64,000 nucleotides of DNA. Source: Babesia bigemina. Its lineage: Eukaryota. Shown here one piece after another: positions 44,692 through 55,988 of this stretch. Below the pieces are notes generated by a model. The model was not told the DNA's origin and ran no database searches. It saw only the letters and a list, made by a program, of their open reading frames with translations. Numbering within the stretch: position 1 is the first letter of the stretch; every line of letters starts with the position of its first letter. Location of the stretch: positions 1,674,001 through 1,738,000 of the forward strand of contig NC_027216.1 in NCBI RefSeq assembly GCF_000981445.1, in the 5' to 3' direction. Both the position numbers and the translations under genes were made by a program.

Positions 44692-47600
44692 TCACGCCCC
44701 CAGCAGGTCCTTGTCGAGGTTGGTGACGAACTCGGGCCCGCCTTCCGCGCGTTTCATGGCAGCTATGGCCTCCAAGGCTATAGTGATGTACTCCAGCGAG
44801 TGCTTGGTTTCTTGGAAGTGCTGCGCGAAACGGTCGTACTTGGAGTTCACGTCGTAGTCCTGCGACATGCGGTTGTTCGACCTCGGCACCCAGTTGCCGT
44901 CGACCGACTCGTACAGTATGTTCTTCTGCAGGAAGGCCTCGAGCTCCGCGTCGTTGCTGCCGGATGGGTCCTGCATTTCGTTGGCCATGCGGTCCACGAC
45001 ATCCTTGATGAAGTGGGTGTAGATCTTGGTGGCCAGGGGCGACGCGAGCAGCATCTTGGTGGCCCAGAACTGCACCTTCACCTCCTCGTAAATGAGCTCC
45101 AGCGAAGTCTTGGCGTCGGACTTCTCGAAAATATCGGTCATGGCAAGCCTGCGCTTCCTCATCGCGAAATTCTCGCGCACGCGGTACAGCGCCTCGCCCA
45201 TCAGGCTGCGGTGCCCGGCGCGGCCGACGATGTACTTCTCAAACTGGTAGCAGTAGTCGAAGATGTCCACCGCCACGTCGAACTGGATGGAGTAGGTCTG
45301 CTCCAGGATGAGGTTCATCATAGCCCCGGCGCACTCGGTGGCCTTCTGACGGCAGTACTCCTCAGACAGCTGGTCGATCTGTTCCTGGAAGTGCAGGCTT
45401 TCGCTGAGGCAGTACAGCGTCTGCCCGCACTCCGACTGCTGGATGCAGCGGAAGACCTCCGCCAGTGCCGCCTTGAGCACCCTGCGCAGCGCAGCGGCGG
45501 CGGCGCAGGCCGACAGCCTGGCTGCGTGCAGCAGAGCTCCGCGCACGTTCGACTGCACGAGGTCGGCGATCAGTGGCTCCCAGTCGGCGCGATCCACCAC
45601 GTGGTGCACGCTTCTGAGCATCTGGTATATGACCTCGCTGGTGAAGTGGCGGTCGGGCTCCATGTGCTTGATCTGGAACTTGAGCCAGTGGCAGATGTTG
45701 GTGATCGCCAGCTGGTTGAGCAGCTGCGCCTCGGCGTGCTCGCCGCTGACCATTTCGAGAGCGCTGTTGTAGTAAGGCACCACCTTCGGGTCCTCCAGGA
45801 AGATCTCGCTACAAGTTGTGAAGTAGACGTAGCGGTTGTTCTTCACGTCCTTGTCACCCGCAGCAGGGGTGCTGGAACCCTTGTCGGCCTCCTTCCCCCC
45901 CTTATCGTTCGCTCGGCCAGATTTATCGCCCTCACGAGAGTTCCTGTCAACGTCACTCTTGGCGTTCTTTTCGTTGTCCTTGTTCGCCGCCCCCTTGATG
46001 TTGGCGTTGGCCACCTTCTCAGTCACGGAATCCACATCGACGTCGTCCGAGGAGTTGCTGTCCGCCACATCCAGGTACCTGAAGGCGATTTGTTTGCTGG
46101 CGATCTCGATTTCGCGGTAGTTGGACTTCTGCACGATGATCTCTGGCGGGAGGCGGTCGATCACGATGGGCCTCACCAGGACCCAGCCGGTGCTCGAGAG
46201 GGTCTTGTGCCACGCGTAGAGCGGCACTTGCATCTGGTCGACCGACACCGACGGCAGCGGAGTCAGCAGGCTGATCCTGCTGCGGTCGATGTTCTTGTGC
46301 AGCGAGTTTTCCTGCCCGTTGTTGATTTGGATGAACTCCACGTTGATCAGTTCGTCGGACTTGTATTCATTTGAGATGTAGTTCTCGATCCCACCGTCCG
46401 TGGAGTTGGTCTTATTCCTCCGCGGGGGCTCGATCAGCCCGAACATGTGGGCGTTGATCTTGCTGGTGAAGTACCTCACGTACCTGCCCGGTTTGACGCT
46501 GTCCATCATTGTGAGCTTCTTGTTGAAGAGCGTCTCCGTGCGCTTCGATATCTTCTCGTAGAAGTCGGGTTCGTAGAGGTCGCGCTGCGGGAAGAGGTTG
46601 AGCGCCAGTTCGTTGCCGTCCTCCAGGTTGTCCCTGAGACTGCCTCCGTAGTACTTGAGGAACTCCTCCGGCGCCACCGGCAGCTTCATGATGGTGTAAT
46701 TACCGGTTATCATCTTTTGCACAACCTCGACGAACTGTCGGATGAAAAGCGAGACGGACTCCCGGATGCTCTGGGGGCTGAGACGGTTCATGCGTTGCTC
46801 CAGTGACTGCATGCTGCGCTCGAGCTCCATCTTTTTGCGCACCAGTCTGCGTTCGAGGTTGCGGAACGTCGTCGCCACTAGCGCCTGGTACCTGGTGTCC
46901 AGCGTGGTCAGGAACCCATTGATGCTGAACATCTGCAAAAGCCGGTCCACGACGGTCATGCCATCCCTGCCAACGGTGTCGTTGGTCACTTCGAACGACG
47001 TCCTGATCATGTTCTCCACCTCCTCTTGGCCTTTGGCAATTTGGCGTTTCATCTCGCGCTTGTTGGCAAGGAAGTCGCCCGACTCCTTGGCCTCTATGCT
47101 CAGCGAGAACAGCTCGAGCAGGTGCAGCGGCAGAATGTTGCCCTTGGAATCCGTGATGGTGCGCTTAAGTACGCGGTCCATCAGCTGCTCCACGGTCCTG
47201 ATGTCGGTCTTTTCGTTGATGAGGAACTCGCGGGCGCGGGTACCGACGACGATGGTCTGGTGCGGAGAAAGGCCCAGCCCCGTCGGTGGAGCCGTGGTGA
47301 TGAACTCCTTGAGCGACCACGGCCAGTTCGCGGGGTCGTCGGAGCTCTTTTTGACCAGGAGGTACAGGTCGTTGGGGTTGCTTTTCACGTAGTTGCGGAC
47401 GACGTTCCTGGTGAATTCCGCGCCTGTTTTCGAGTCGTCCTTGATGCCAGGGAGGTCCACGAATATGGCGTTGACGCCGTTGGGCACGAACACCTCGACC
47501 TCCAACTCGTCGGCGACGATGCGTTCCCCCATGGACTGCATGTGCAAGCGCATGGCGTCCTGCACACTGCGAATGTCCATCAGCTTCCCGTTGAACAGAC

Positions 47601-47979
47601 ACCAGATGGTGCCTCCTTTCAGGCTGGCGGGGTCAATTTGCAGCTTCAGCGCGGACGCGACCTCCATTATCACCTCGAGGGGTCGCATGATGATGACCAC
47701 GGGCTGCTTGGTTCCGGTGTCGGTGCTCGAGTATCCGATAGGCCCTCCCATGATGAAATCCAGCACCGTCGTCTTACCCATCGACTGCTGGCCGAACACG
47801 ACCAGCCTGGGCACCTCCGCATCTAGTCCGCCGAGCTTCATGATGTGGTAGCAGTGCAGAAAGATGAGGTTAGGGTCCGACGTCGCCTGGATGAGCTTCA
47901 GGTACTCCTGCGCCCTCGCGACGGAGTCTGCCGGTATAGACGACATCTCCTCGAGCGCAACCTTTTTCGGGACCGCCAT
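44692..47979 (-). CDS. DrpC: Dynamin-related protein, DrpC type (ARC5/DRP5B-related apicomplexan dynamin)
   Basis: EVPRLVVFGQQSMGKT (G1), TGTKQP (G2), FVDLPG (G3); 1095 aa, intronless. Subfamily is inferred from the divergent G-domain pattern. Confidence 0.75.
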   Translation of the reverse strand: MAVPKKVALEEMSSIPADSVARAQEYLKLIQATSDPNLIFLHCYHIMKLGGLDAEVPRLVVFGQQSMGKTTVLDFIMGGPIGYSSTDTGTKQPVVIIMRPLEVIMEVASALKLQIDPASLKGGTIWCLFNGKLMDIRSVQDAMRLHMQSMGERIVADELEVEVFVPNGVNAIFVDLPGIKDDSKTGAEFTRNVVRNYVKSNPNDLYLLVKKSSDDPANWPWSLKEFITTAPPTGLGLSPHQTIVVGTRAREFLINEKTDIRTVEQLMDRVLKRTITDSKGNILPLHLLELFSLSIEAKESGDFLANKREMKRQIAKGQEEVENMIRTSFEVTNDTVGRDGMTVVDRLLQMFSINGFLTTLDTRYQALVATTFRNLERRLVRKKMELERSMQSLEQRMNRLSPQSIRESVSLFIRQFVEVVQKMITGNYTIMKLPVAPEEFLKYYGGSLRDNLEDGNELALNLFPQRDLYEPDFYEKISKRTETLFNKKLTMMDSVKPGRYVRYFTSKINAHMFGLIEPPRRNKTNSTDGGIENYISNEYKSDELINVEFIQINNGQENSLHKNIDRSRISLLTPLPSVSVDQMQVPLYAWHKTLSSTGWVLVRPIVIDRLPPEIIVQKSNYREIEIASKQIAFRYLDVADSNSSDDVDVDSVTEKVANANIKGAANKDNEKNAKSDVDRNSREGDKSGRANDKGGKEADKGSSTPAAGDKDVKNNRYVYFTTCSEIFLEDPKVVPYYNSALEMVSGEHAEAQLLNQLAITNICHWLKFQIKHMEPDRHFTSEVIYQMLRSVHHVVDRADWEPLIADLVQSNVRGALLHAARLSACAAAAALRRVLKAALAEVFRCIQQSECGQTLYCLSESLHFQEQIDQLSEEYCRQKATECAGAMMNLILEQTYSIQFDVAVDIFDYCYQFEKYIVGRAGHRSLMGEALYRVRENFAMRKRRLAMTDIFEKSDAKTSLELIYEEVKVQFWATKMLLASPLATKIYTHFIKDVVDRMANEMQDPSGSNDAELEAFLQKNILYESVDGNWVPRSNNRMSQDYDVNSKYDRFAQHFQETKHSLEYITIALEAIAAMKRAEGGPEFVTNLDKDLLGA

Positions 47980-48324
47980 TTTAGAGTATTAGGGCGAAGA
48001 AGCGGGAGATGTGTGTCCACACACAAAAGCGCCTATGCGGGCAGCATGTGTGACAGTTGCGGACTACACCAACCACGCAAGTACAAATACAGACAAATCC
48101 AAAGCGGTACGCAAATGCGCTTTGGACACTGCGCGCGATTGTCAGCCCAGGTCGGCGCACCTCTCCCCCATACACAGTCCTTCAGTGGTCGCGCTGCCAA
48201 ATGCCCGTTTGGCTTCCAAGACGGGAGCTACCGCGAATCCAACTAACAAATTACATCCCATAGGGACTGTCTACCGTCATTCGGCCGTTGAGGCGCCGTC
48301 CTCCGACGGCGACCGCGTACGACC

Positions 48325-48693
48325 ATGAAAGGCGGCGCGCGTTTCGAGGTGTTTCGGGCGCTAGGCATTAACTACTACGGCTTCCACGTGAGGAAGAACA
48401 AGGTATACGACTACATCTCGTTCGTCGTATGCACCTCCTTGATCGGAACCTCCGTCTACCTTGGTACGCTTGCAGCTGGCGGCGACAATATCCTCAGGCT
48501 TCTCGTTCGTCTACAACTGGCGGCAGACTATGCAGCTGTTGCGGTACCACCATGCGCGTTTGGAGGTAGTGATAAGCGTTGTTTTTCGCACATTGCGGCT
48601 CAGGTGGAGAGAGCGGAGTACATTAAGCAGATCAAAGAGGCACGTGAGAAGAACATCCTGCCCCCGAGGCGCGAGATCACTGCTTCTAAGTGA
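48325..48693 (+). CDS. Small single-TM protein, 98 aa, possibly a COX14-like mitochondrial assembly factor
   Basis: Introns 48464-48497 and 48566-48603 give ...KNKVYDYISFVVCTSLIGTSVYLGFSFVYNWRQTMQLLRYHHARLEVERAEYIKQIKEAREK. The gene model is good; the family call is tentative. Confidence 0.55.
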   Translation: MKGGARFEVFRALGINYYGFHVRKNKVYDYISFVVCTSLIGTSVYLGTLAAGGDNILRLLVRLQLAADYAAVAVPPCAFGGSDKRCFSHIAAQVERAEYIKQIKEAREKNILPPRREITASK

Positions 48694-48717
48694 CCCAGTT
48701 TTGCTACCCCACCCCCT

Positions 48718-50129
48718 CTAATCTCGCAAACGACGTCTAAAAATAGACGCTGCACGGTGATACAGCCATCCCAGGTTCCGAAGCACCACCCTGACGATCT
48801 GCACGAACAGGCGCCGAGGTAGGTACTCCGCCACCATAAACGGGAGTGCGCCGGTTACGTTGGAAATCTCGGAATCCGGTTCCTTGGTTTGGAGCGCATC
48901 CAAAACAGTCAGCGCCACCTGGTTGCAATCGCCAGCAAAGTGGAGGAGCACCCCTGCATGTGCTCAGTCACGAGCTAGTGCAACCTACTGTATGATGCCT
49001 TCAGCAGGTCTGCGTCGTGCTCCAACCGTTGGGTTTGCGCTGTAACGCTATGTAATAAGTTGGCGAGGAGGCTGACGTTTTCCCGAGTATACACCAATCA
49101 TCGCAACGCGCGAATGCGCAATCCGAACATTGTATGAATACCTTTTATAGATACATAGGTGCATGAAAATAAAAACCAATATCAGCGAAATGGACATGCT
49201 GATGCCAACTCCAGGACGCCATTCAGTGTCTCAGGGGTGTCACGCGCAAAGGGTAAAGCTTACCTGCATTTTGTCGATCCAAATCACGATTAAACAGCCT
49301 GGTGTTCTTGAGCGCCCCTGGTCTGATGATCACGGGGCGGATGTTCGTTCCCGCCAATTCGTGGCAGAGTGTTTCGTGAAAACCGCTGATGGCGAATTTG
49401 GACGCAACGTACGCCCCCTGGCCAGGAAGGGCGTGACGATCCAGAACGCTAGAGATGAACACCACCCTCGGATCGCAACCGTCCGTCGATTGGTGGAGTT
49501 GGTTAGCAAAGGCGAGCGTTACCCGCAGTGCGCCTAGCAGGTTCGTGTCCAGCACCTCCTTCCACCGGTCTACCTCCGCCAAGCGATTTTCGGGCGATTT
49601 AAATGCATCCTACGCAACATGGTGAATTGACGTAGAAAATAGATGTGCAGTTACGATTATCTAACGGTAATTTGAAGTACAGCTCTTTGAGCTGCATGAC
49701 TCAGTGTTACATGTACTTCGCTGATTCCACAGCGAAAAATCATGCTGAAAAGCAGATGCAACTTAGGTTCATTACCTGCAACAAGCCGAATCGCCAAATT
49801 CCAGCGTTGTTTACGATCGCATAGAGAGGGGGGATCCTCGTTGCTGTTACGCGCCTAGTCACATCGTCGCAGAAGCTCTCAACGGCGGAAGCAGACGTGA
49901 CGTCAAGGAGGAAACATGTGCCTTCCTTACATTCTATACACCCGTTTTGGACTTTCAGTTGGCAGTGGGCAGCATCGAGGTCGCCGTTTATGGCAGCGGT
50001 GGCGACCTCAGCACCTTCCTCTGTCAGACACGTCGCGAGGACGTAGTAGCCGTGCCGCGGAAGGAGGCTGCACAGCGCCAACCCGAGCCCGCTATCGCAG
50101 CCAGTAATGATTACTGAACCCTTATGCAT
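48718..50129 (-). CDS. Short-chain dehydrogenase/reductase (RDH/BDH1-like)
   Basis: ITGCDSGLG, VNNAG, TNLLG, ISS and catalytic YVASK. Introns 49775-49610, 49263-c. 49040 and c. 48987-48954. Confidence 0.88.
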
Positions 50130-50692
50130 CAACTAGTCGTGCTTAGGTGGTTCATGGCGCGTATCGGCGGCGCATTTCGCGGAAGACATGGAGTGCGGAT
50201 GTGCACGACATTTCCGCCGCGTTTTCGTTATGTAAACTAATTACAGCGCAGCTTCAGGCTACCTTTGTTTGACACACTACAATGTGTAGCGTGAACAGCA
50301 TAATTTTGATTTGCACAGGTTACCGTTGAGTTCCTGATGCATCGGCGTTGGTACAGGGCGCACCAAAGCGTTTTAAAAACTCAAATAAGCTTGACGTTCT
50401 GCAATTAGAGTTACTTTATGTGCGTTCGTCGCATTTGCGTCTTGTCAATGGCGTTCGGAGTTAACCGTCTGCGTGTCTAGTATTCGCCATGACCTGTATG
50501 AACATGAAGTTCAACTGCCGACACCACGTGGCTCTCCACGTGTCATTGCTGGCACACTTGCGGCTGCACCTGCCGATGCGCCACTTGATAAGCTCATTAA
50601 ATGATTGCTTCACGCATCACAGCTAAATGTACTGCTACGTGTGGGAAGCGTGACTCACTCATTAATAAGCTTTAAAACACCTCTAGAGAATA

Positions 50693-51874
50693 ATGGGTGT
50701 GCCGTCGGTGCACTGTGAAGATAAGCCACAGGGATTAAGAGTGCTTGTTGCACATTGGAAACGCTTTTTCCTCAATAGATCAAAATCCGGTATATTGAAA
50801 GACCTGGATTGCCAGTACAGGGAGGAGGAGGGCGTGCCTATCCTTAGCGCGGCGGAACAGGATAGGGTTGGCGAAGTAACTGATTCTGTCCAGCAGGGCG
50901 ACGCTTTAACGCCCCAAACAGATGTGGGCAGTAATGCTGCTGGTGATGGGGATCTTAGTGTGGATGTCAAAGCTCTGAACGAAACGTTGCCGGAGGAGGG
51001 AGCGCAATGTATTGAAATGGTCGAGTTATCAAGTGAAAATACAGTAGCTACAGGTGAAGTAACATCTTTGGGGATTGATGAGGAATCAGTTGACAGCGTG
51101 GACAATGCGGGTAAGCAACTAGTAGCGTCATGCCATATAAAATCTGAAGAAGAAAATGCGCCGCCTGAGGAGGATTTGCTCGAAAGGGAATCCGTGGAAA
51201 GCTACGACTACACGCGCACAGAGGATAGTATGACGGAAGTGTCATACTGCAGTGCCGATGATACGAGCATTGAAGGCGTTGCTCGCAACGATGACAGCGG
51301 TGACTCACTAGTTTCTTCGGCATCATCTTTTGAGAGCGACTGGCAGCCGCGCAAAGTGAAAAAACGGGTTAACCCCGCTCTGCAGTCCAAGGGTTGTTTC
51401 GGGTTCACCCTTATCATTGCGCTCAGCAGACTGTTTTGGCGACTTCACCGTCGACCCGCGCGCAGAGTGCGAAGCGTAATGCGAGACAAGATAACACCCA
51501 TGACCTCAGGTGTAGTTTTAAATATCGCCTCAGTTGATGAATACGAGGGGCGTCGAAGTAGGTGCCAAACCGCAAGAAAACGTCCGTATGTGCAGCATCG
51601 AAGACAGTTGGATGCCTCCACAAGTTCTGCACAGTCAGATGATTCTCGGGGCAATTGGACAAGCATATCTAACGCAGACAGCGGTGAAGTCGAAGGCAAT
51701 GGGTTGCTAGCGAAGCTTATACACAAGAAAGATCAGATGAAGTACGCGTTGGAAGACTACCGCAGAAAAATCAAGCTGCTGCAGCGCCAGGTCAACCACA
51801 ACAGCGGTGTCGGGCTTGCATACAATATATCTAGAAGCAGGGTCCTATACGATTTGGACGAAGCAGTCTGCTGA
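50693..51874 (+). CDS. Hypothetical acidic low-complexity protein with a C-terminal coiled coil
   Basis: 393-aa ORF with a basic NLS-like RKVKKR and a terminal KKDQMKYALEDYRRKIKLLQRQV. Possible unresolved introns near 51393-51509. Confidence 0.55.
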   Translation: MGVPSVHCEDKPQGLRVLVAHWKRFFLNRSKSGILKDLDCQYREEEGVPILSAAEQDRVGEVTDSVQQGDALTPQTDVGSNAAGDGDLSVDVKALNETLPEEGAQCIEMVELSSENTVATGEVTSLGIDEESVDSVDNAGKQLVASCHIKSEEENAPPEEDLLERESVESYDYTRTEDSMTEVSYCSADDTSIEGVARNDDSGDSLVSSASSFESDWQPRKVKKRVNPALQSKGCFGFTLIIALSRLFWRLHRRPARRVRSVMRDKITPMTSGVVLNIASVDEYEGRRSRCQTARKRPYVQHRRQLDASTSSAQSDDSRGNWTSISNADSGEVEGNGLLAKLIHKKDQMKYALEDYRRKIKLLQRQVNHNSGVGLAYNISRSRVLYDLDEAVC

Positions 51875-52082
51875 TGCTGTTCGCAACGCCCACGTCAGTT
51901 GTAAAATGCCATGTATTAAAACCAACTTAAATTGTGTTATTAACAACAGTAGACACCTTACAGGGACGCTGCTACTGCTGCTCAAAATACTGCTGTTTGC
52001 TAAAGCAGGTTACAACCATGCGTCAAATCACGCCGGTGCTAATCCTATTTGAAATTCATTATTAACGGTAGTTCCGTAGACA

Positions 52083-55000
52083 CTATGTGAAACGAATTTC
52101 TCGTAAGAGCCCATCCCCCATTGCATGAATATGGGTCCAGATGGCCGGCATGTTTGGGACGAAAATGGTGCGCCCATCGCAAATTATCATGTGATGCGGC
52201 CATGAACCTTTGGGGCTGCCCGTAGGTATGCATGCCATCGGGTTGATCTTGACGTAGATCATGATGTTGCCAGCAGGGGTGTGGGTCCCTTGCAACTCCA
52301 GGTGGTTGTACGCCAGTTCCAAGATTCCTGAGAACGATTTCTTCAGACTCGTTACGAAGGTGTCCAGGAGGAAGTGCGCCTCCTCCTGTGAGAGCTTGAA
52401 AGATTCACCTCCTGCCGAGTACTTCAGCTTACGGTACACGTTCTCAAGCTCCAACGTCATGTTGTACGCTCTGCGTTCTGCCGCGAAATATGCCGCTAGG
52501 TTGATCGGCTTCATGAAGTGCTCGTCCAACTTGGCGATGAAGCGCTGGCACTGCCCCACGAACCGTTTGGATAACATCGTGGACGGCATATTGGGCACTA
52601 GGCAGTAGGGGTCCTCCGGGGTGCACAGCCAGAAATACGGCGCCCACGATGGTTTTTTCGAATCCAGCATTTCGTACCTGGGCTCTTCGTTGTAAATTAC
52701 CAGAGGCCGATGTTCCCAATCGTAATGGGCAACCATGTACAGAAACCTCATAAAGCCGGTGTAGCCACTCAGCGGTGGCGACAGCAGGAAATCCTGGGAG
52801 CAGAATATGAACCAGTTGAGAGTTTCACACAAGAATTCGCCATTTGGAACGATGCAACTTGCCGTGAAGGCCTTGCTGAGGCGGACGCTGGCACTGAAGC
52901 TTGGCGATTTCAAGGCTCCCACCTTGCATCGTTCAATTTGAATCGACCGGAAGTATTCTCGCACCATCTCCAATGAGCTATCGGTTGGCAACTTGTTCTC
53001 ATCAGGATTGAAATTCCTGATCGATTCAATCAACGGCTGAGTTTCTCTTTGGCATAGGATTTTGATGCAGAACCTGATCCCCTGGAACTGAAGCTCCATG
53101 TCACCATTTTCCGACATGCGCGACTTGATATCGTGGTTCTTAAACAGCTCCTTCAACATTGCAATTCCAAGCGCAATCTTGACACTCAGAATGGCAGCGG
53201 GATCCTTTGGCCACTTGGTGGAGGTTTCCAACTCGACCAGCAGACGGTGACGCAGTTTCGACGGCCCGACATCTGCGTAGCCGAACTCAGGACTACAAAC
53301 GAACACATTAGAGACCTTCAACGGAACGTTTTCAAGTGAACGCAGTAATCCGTTGAGTTCGTTGTAAGCGTTCATGAGTTTCGTCCGGTGCTCTGTCGCC
53401 AGGCGATTGTCAGACACCACTATGGGCAACTCCACGTACATCAGGTGACGCCTGTCACCGTCTTTAGTGTTTGGCTTGTCAAACGCAAAGGAAGTGTCAC
53501 AGTCCAATATCACCGGCTTGAACTGGTCGAGGTGTAACTGGAGGATGGTGGAGAGGATCTGCACGTTCAAGTTACGGCCGGCAAGGCGTTCTAGGCTAGA
53601 ACTGGCGCATGGATCCACGTCGATATCCGGAAGTATCTGGTTCCAAAGGATACATTCGCAAATGGACCCGTCTGCAAAGCTCCGAGTTTCGGTGAGGCGT
53701 TTCCAAAAGTGACGGAAATAAACACTTTCCGGCGAATTCGTCAAAGGTCCCACATCCGTCGATCGCTGCACTGATTCGTCGAAGCCAATCATTACCATTA
53801 GTGCGTTACTTTCCGACATCCTAAAGTACAGATGAGCCAGTCTGTCCTTTAGTCCATACTCCAGAATGGACCTTATCCTGGCTGCCATGTACTCTGACTC
53901 ACCCAACTCCCAGATATCGAACCCTGATAATAGAGGGCATGTGTTCATTATTAACCTCACATCACTGTAACAACGTGTGTCATGCGATATGTCGAACAGT
54001 TGGCAATACAAAAAGGGGCTAGATAGATCCCTGGCAACCGTGAGTGTAGCCTTGGCTCTGGCAACGACCTCATCAAAAGTTACGACCACCTTGTGAAGCA
54101 CGTTGAATGACACACTATCATCCAAATACAATTCGGGGATCGATATCGCGTTAATGACCTTCTGTTGTGCCTCCAGCAGTTTAGCGCCATCCTCGTTGCT
54201 AGCATCGTCGGAGGTTGAAACTGCCGTTGTGGAGTCATCGTCGTCAGCCGCGTGACTATTGAACGCCTTATCCCTCCCAATTATGTAGTACTTCTGTTTG
54301 AAGTCCATCGAAGCCAAAAATTTGAGCGCCGCCAGGAACAGCGGGAAGGCTTCTATTTCAGTTGGAAAACGGTTGGCAGACACCACATGGCAGAGAATCA
54401 ACGCAAAAACGCAACCCGTCAGTCCGTTGTCGAATGGTAACCCAGATTGTATTGATGATTTGTCCGCTTCATCGCCTAATCCGTGTGTTTCAGTTGCGTC
54501 AGTGGAACCTCCGGAAATTGGAGAACTTGATGTTGGATCGTGCGAAACTTCAACGTTCTCTGAATCATCAACTGATGCAGCATCATCGGATTCATCCTTG
54601 ACCTTACGTCGGACTCGACGTTTTTCCGCTGCTTCCAAACCCTTCGAACACCACATAGACGCTACGATATGCAATCTATCGGATGTACACCCCAAATTCG
54701 TTGCTGTTAGACCTTGGGTATGCGTCCACACCGTTAGCAAAGTTAAAGCGCCGCGCATTTTAGCATGGCTATCGAATGCAGCTCTGAGTTTAGCGTTAAC
54801 ACGGTTCTTGAGCAAGTCCTCCAATATGGCAGCATTGTAAGTCGGCGTCGGGCGCATATCCGATTCCGCAGGAGTCCCAGGAACTCCGGAAGGCTTCAAT
54901 AGCGTAGTAGTCGATCTGACATTATTTCTTGTCGGCGCCATAGGCGCGTGCTTGAAAGTCGCCTCGTCAACGTGAGCCGAGACACGAAGGCAATACGTGG

Positions 55001-55655
55001 CATTCGCCACTGCCAGGAGGAAATCAATGTAAACTTTGGGTCTTCGGAAATGCAGCTCTGCCACCAAATGGCAATTTTCCAATCCCTCCAGCAGCGGGCT
55101 AGATTCACCGGCCTCCAATGCCACATGTACATCCTCGTATAGTCGACATAGCCAGGCATTTCGTTTGTTGAGATAGCGATAGTTTATGTAGTCCTTGGGG
55201 TTGAATATCGCCTGCGGCAACATTATGGAGACATCCAGGGTAGGATTTCGCCGATTAAGAAATCCAAGCGCTCCCCTGCCGACGACGTCAACACTCTCGG
55301 GAACGCCATACTCGAAGTTGGACCAGCACGCGTTGAATTCCGTCCGGAAGCAACGCCCATAGGCTGGCTTATCGATAAATTCACGAGTCAACAGCACGGT
55401 CGGAACTGTTGTTACGAAGGATCTGAAGTTTCTCAGAAGTGTAGCCAGTGGCGATTGGCCAACACTGCTACCGTCGGCGTCAAAGTCCACACACTCCCTA
55501 TTTATAAGCCTATTGAGACGAGATATGGGCAACGATGTCCCGTATATGACCCCGGAATCCAGAGCTTGCTCGAGCGGCAGATGCCTATCGCCGATTAGGG
55601 GATTGCGATGACCTCCGGAGGCCTTCCGCTTACGCGGCCTTTTCTTCTCCGGCAT
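52083..55655 (-). CDS. NOL6: Nrap / NOL6 / Utp22 small-subunit processome protein
   Basis: PKDYINYRYLNKRNAWL, PTPTYNAAILED, FRHFW...ETRSFADGSICECILW, LETSTKWPKD and GFMRFL...YDWEHRPLVI. Confidence 0.88.
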   Translation of the reverse strand: MPEKKRPRKRKASGGHRNPLIGDRHLPLEQALDSGVIYGTSLPISRLNRLINRECVDFDADGSSVGQSPLATLLRNFRSFVTTVPTVLLTREFIDKPAYGRCFRTEFNACWSNFEYGVPESVDVVGRGALGFLNRRNPTLDVSIMLPQAIFNPKDYINYRYLNKRNAWLCRLYEDVHVALEAGESSPLLEGLENCHLVAELHFRRPKVYIDFLLAVANATYCLRVSAHVDEATFKHAPMAPTRNNVRSTTTLLKPSGVPGTPAESDMRPTPTYNAAILEDLLKNRVNAKLRAAFDSHAKMRGALTLLTVWTHTQGLTATNLGCTSDRLHIVASMWCSKGLEAAEKRRVRRKVKDESDDAASVDDSENVEVSHDPTSSSPISGGSTDATETHGLGDEADKSSIQSGLPFDNGLTGCVFALILCHVVSANRFPTEIEAFPLFLAALKFLASMDFKQKYYIIGRDKAFNSHAADDDDSTTAVSTSDDASNEDGAKLLEAQQKVINAISIPELYLDDSVSFNVLHKVVVTFDEVVARAKATLTVARDLSSPFLYCQLFDISHDTRCYSDVRLIMNTCPLLSGFDIWELGESEYMAARIRSILEYGLKDRLAHLYFRMSESNALMVMIGFDESVQRSTDVGPLTNSPESVYFRHFWKRLTETRSFADGSICECILWNQILPDIDVDPCASSSLERLAGRNLNVQILSTILQLHLDQFKPVILDCDTSFAFDKPNTKDGDRRHLMYVELPIVVSDNRLATEHRTKLMNAYNELNGLLRSLENVPLKVSNVFVCSPEFGYADVGPSKLRHRLLVELETSTKWPKDPAAILSVKIALGIAMLKELFKNHDIKSRMSENGDMELQFQGIRFCIKILCQRETQPLIESIRNFNPDENKLPTDSSLEMVREYFRSIQIERCKVGALKSPSFSASVRLSKAFTASCIVPNGEFLCETLNWFIFCSQDFLLSPPLSGYTGFMRFLYMVAHYDWEHRPLVIYNEEPRYEMLDSKKPSWAPYFWLCTPEDPYCLVPNMPSTMLSKRFVGQCQRFIAKLDEHFMKPINLAAYFAAERRAYNMTLELENVYRKLKYSAGGESFKLSQEEAHFLLDTFVTSLKKSFSGILELAYNHLELQGTHTPAGNIMIYVKINPMACIPTGSPKGSWPHHMIICDGRTIFVPNMPAIWTHIHAMGDGLLREIRFT

Positions 55656-55988
55656 TTTGGCGTTTAAAAATATTCCAGGACGTTCTGTATTGTGAAATCA
55701 TGAAGGAAGACGTGACTAACAGCGCAGAATCACATGGTCTAAACGTTTGCAACTACAACTCAGCTAGATTCCTTGCGGCGACTACGATATCCAATTAAGA
55801 ACTACATTATACTGCTGCAGGCAGTAAACAAACTTAATCATTGGGACAGTCAGCTATGTACGTTTGTACTACAAGACGTCAGTTGGACATCGACCCGATG
55901 TGTAGGACCGACATCAGATCAAAACGTCCACGATACAAACCGGCGCGGCTTTTCCGCGCCACAATTCATGCCTGAGAACACAGTGGCA

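Noticed and set aside
44800..47851. Antisense ORFs over DrpC (up to 524 aa)
   Set aside because: Shadow ORFs from codon bias.
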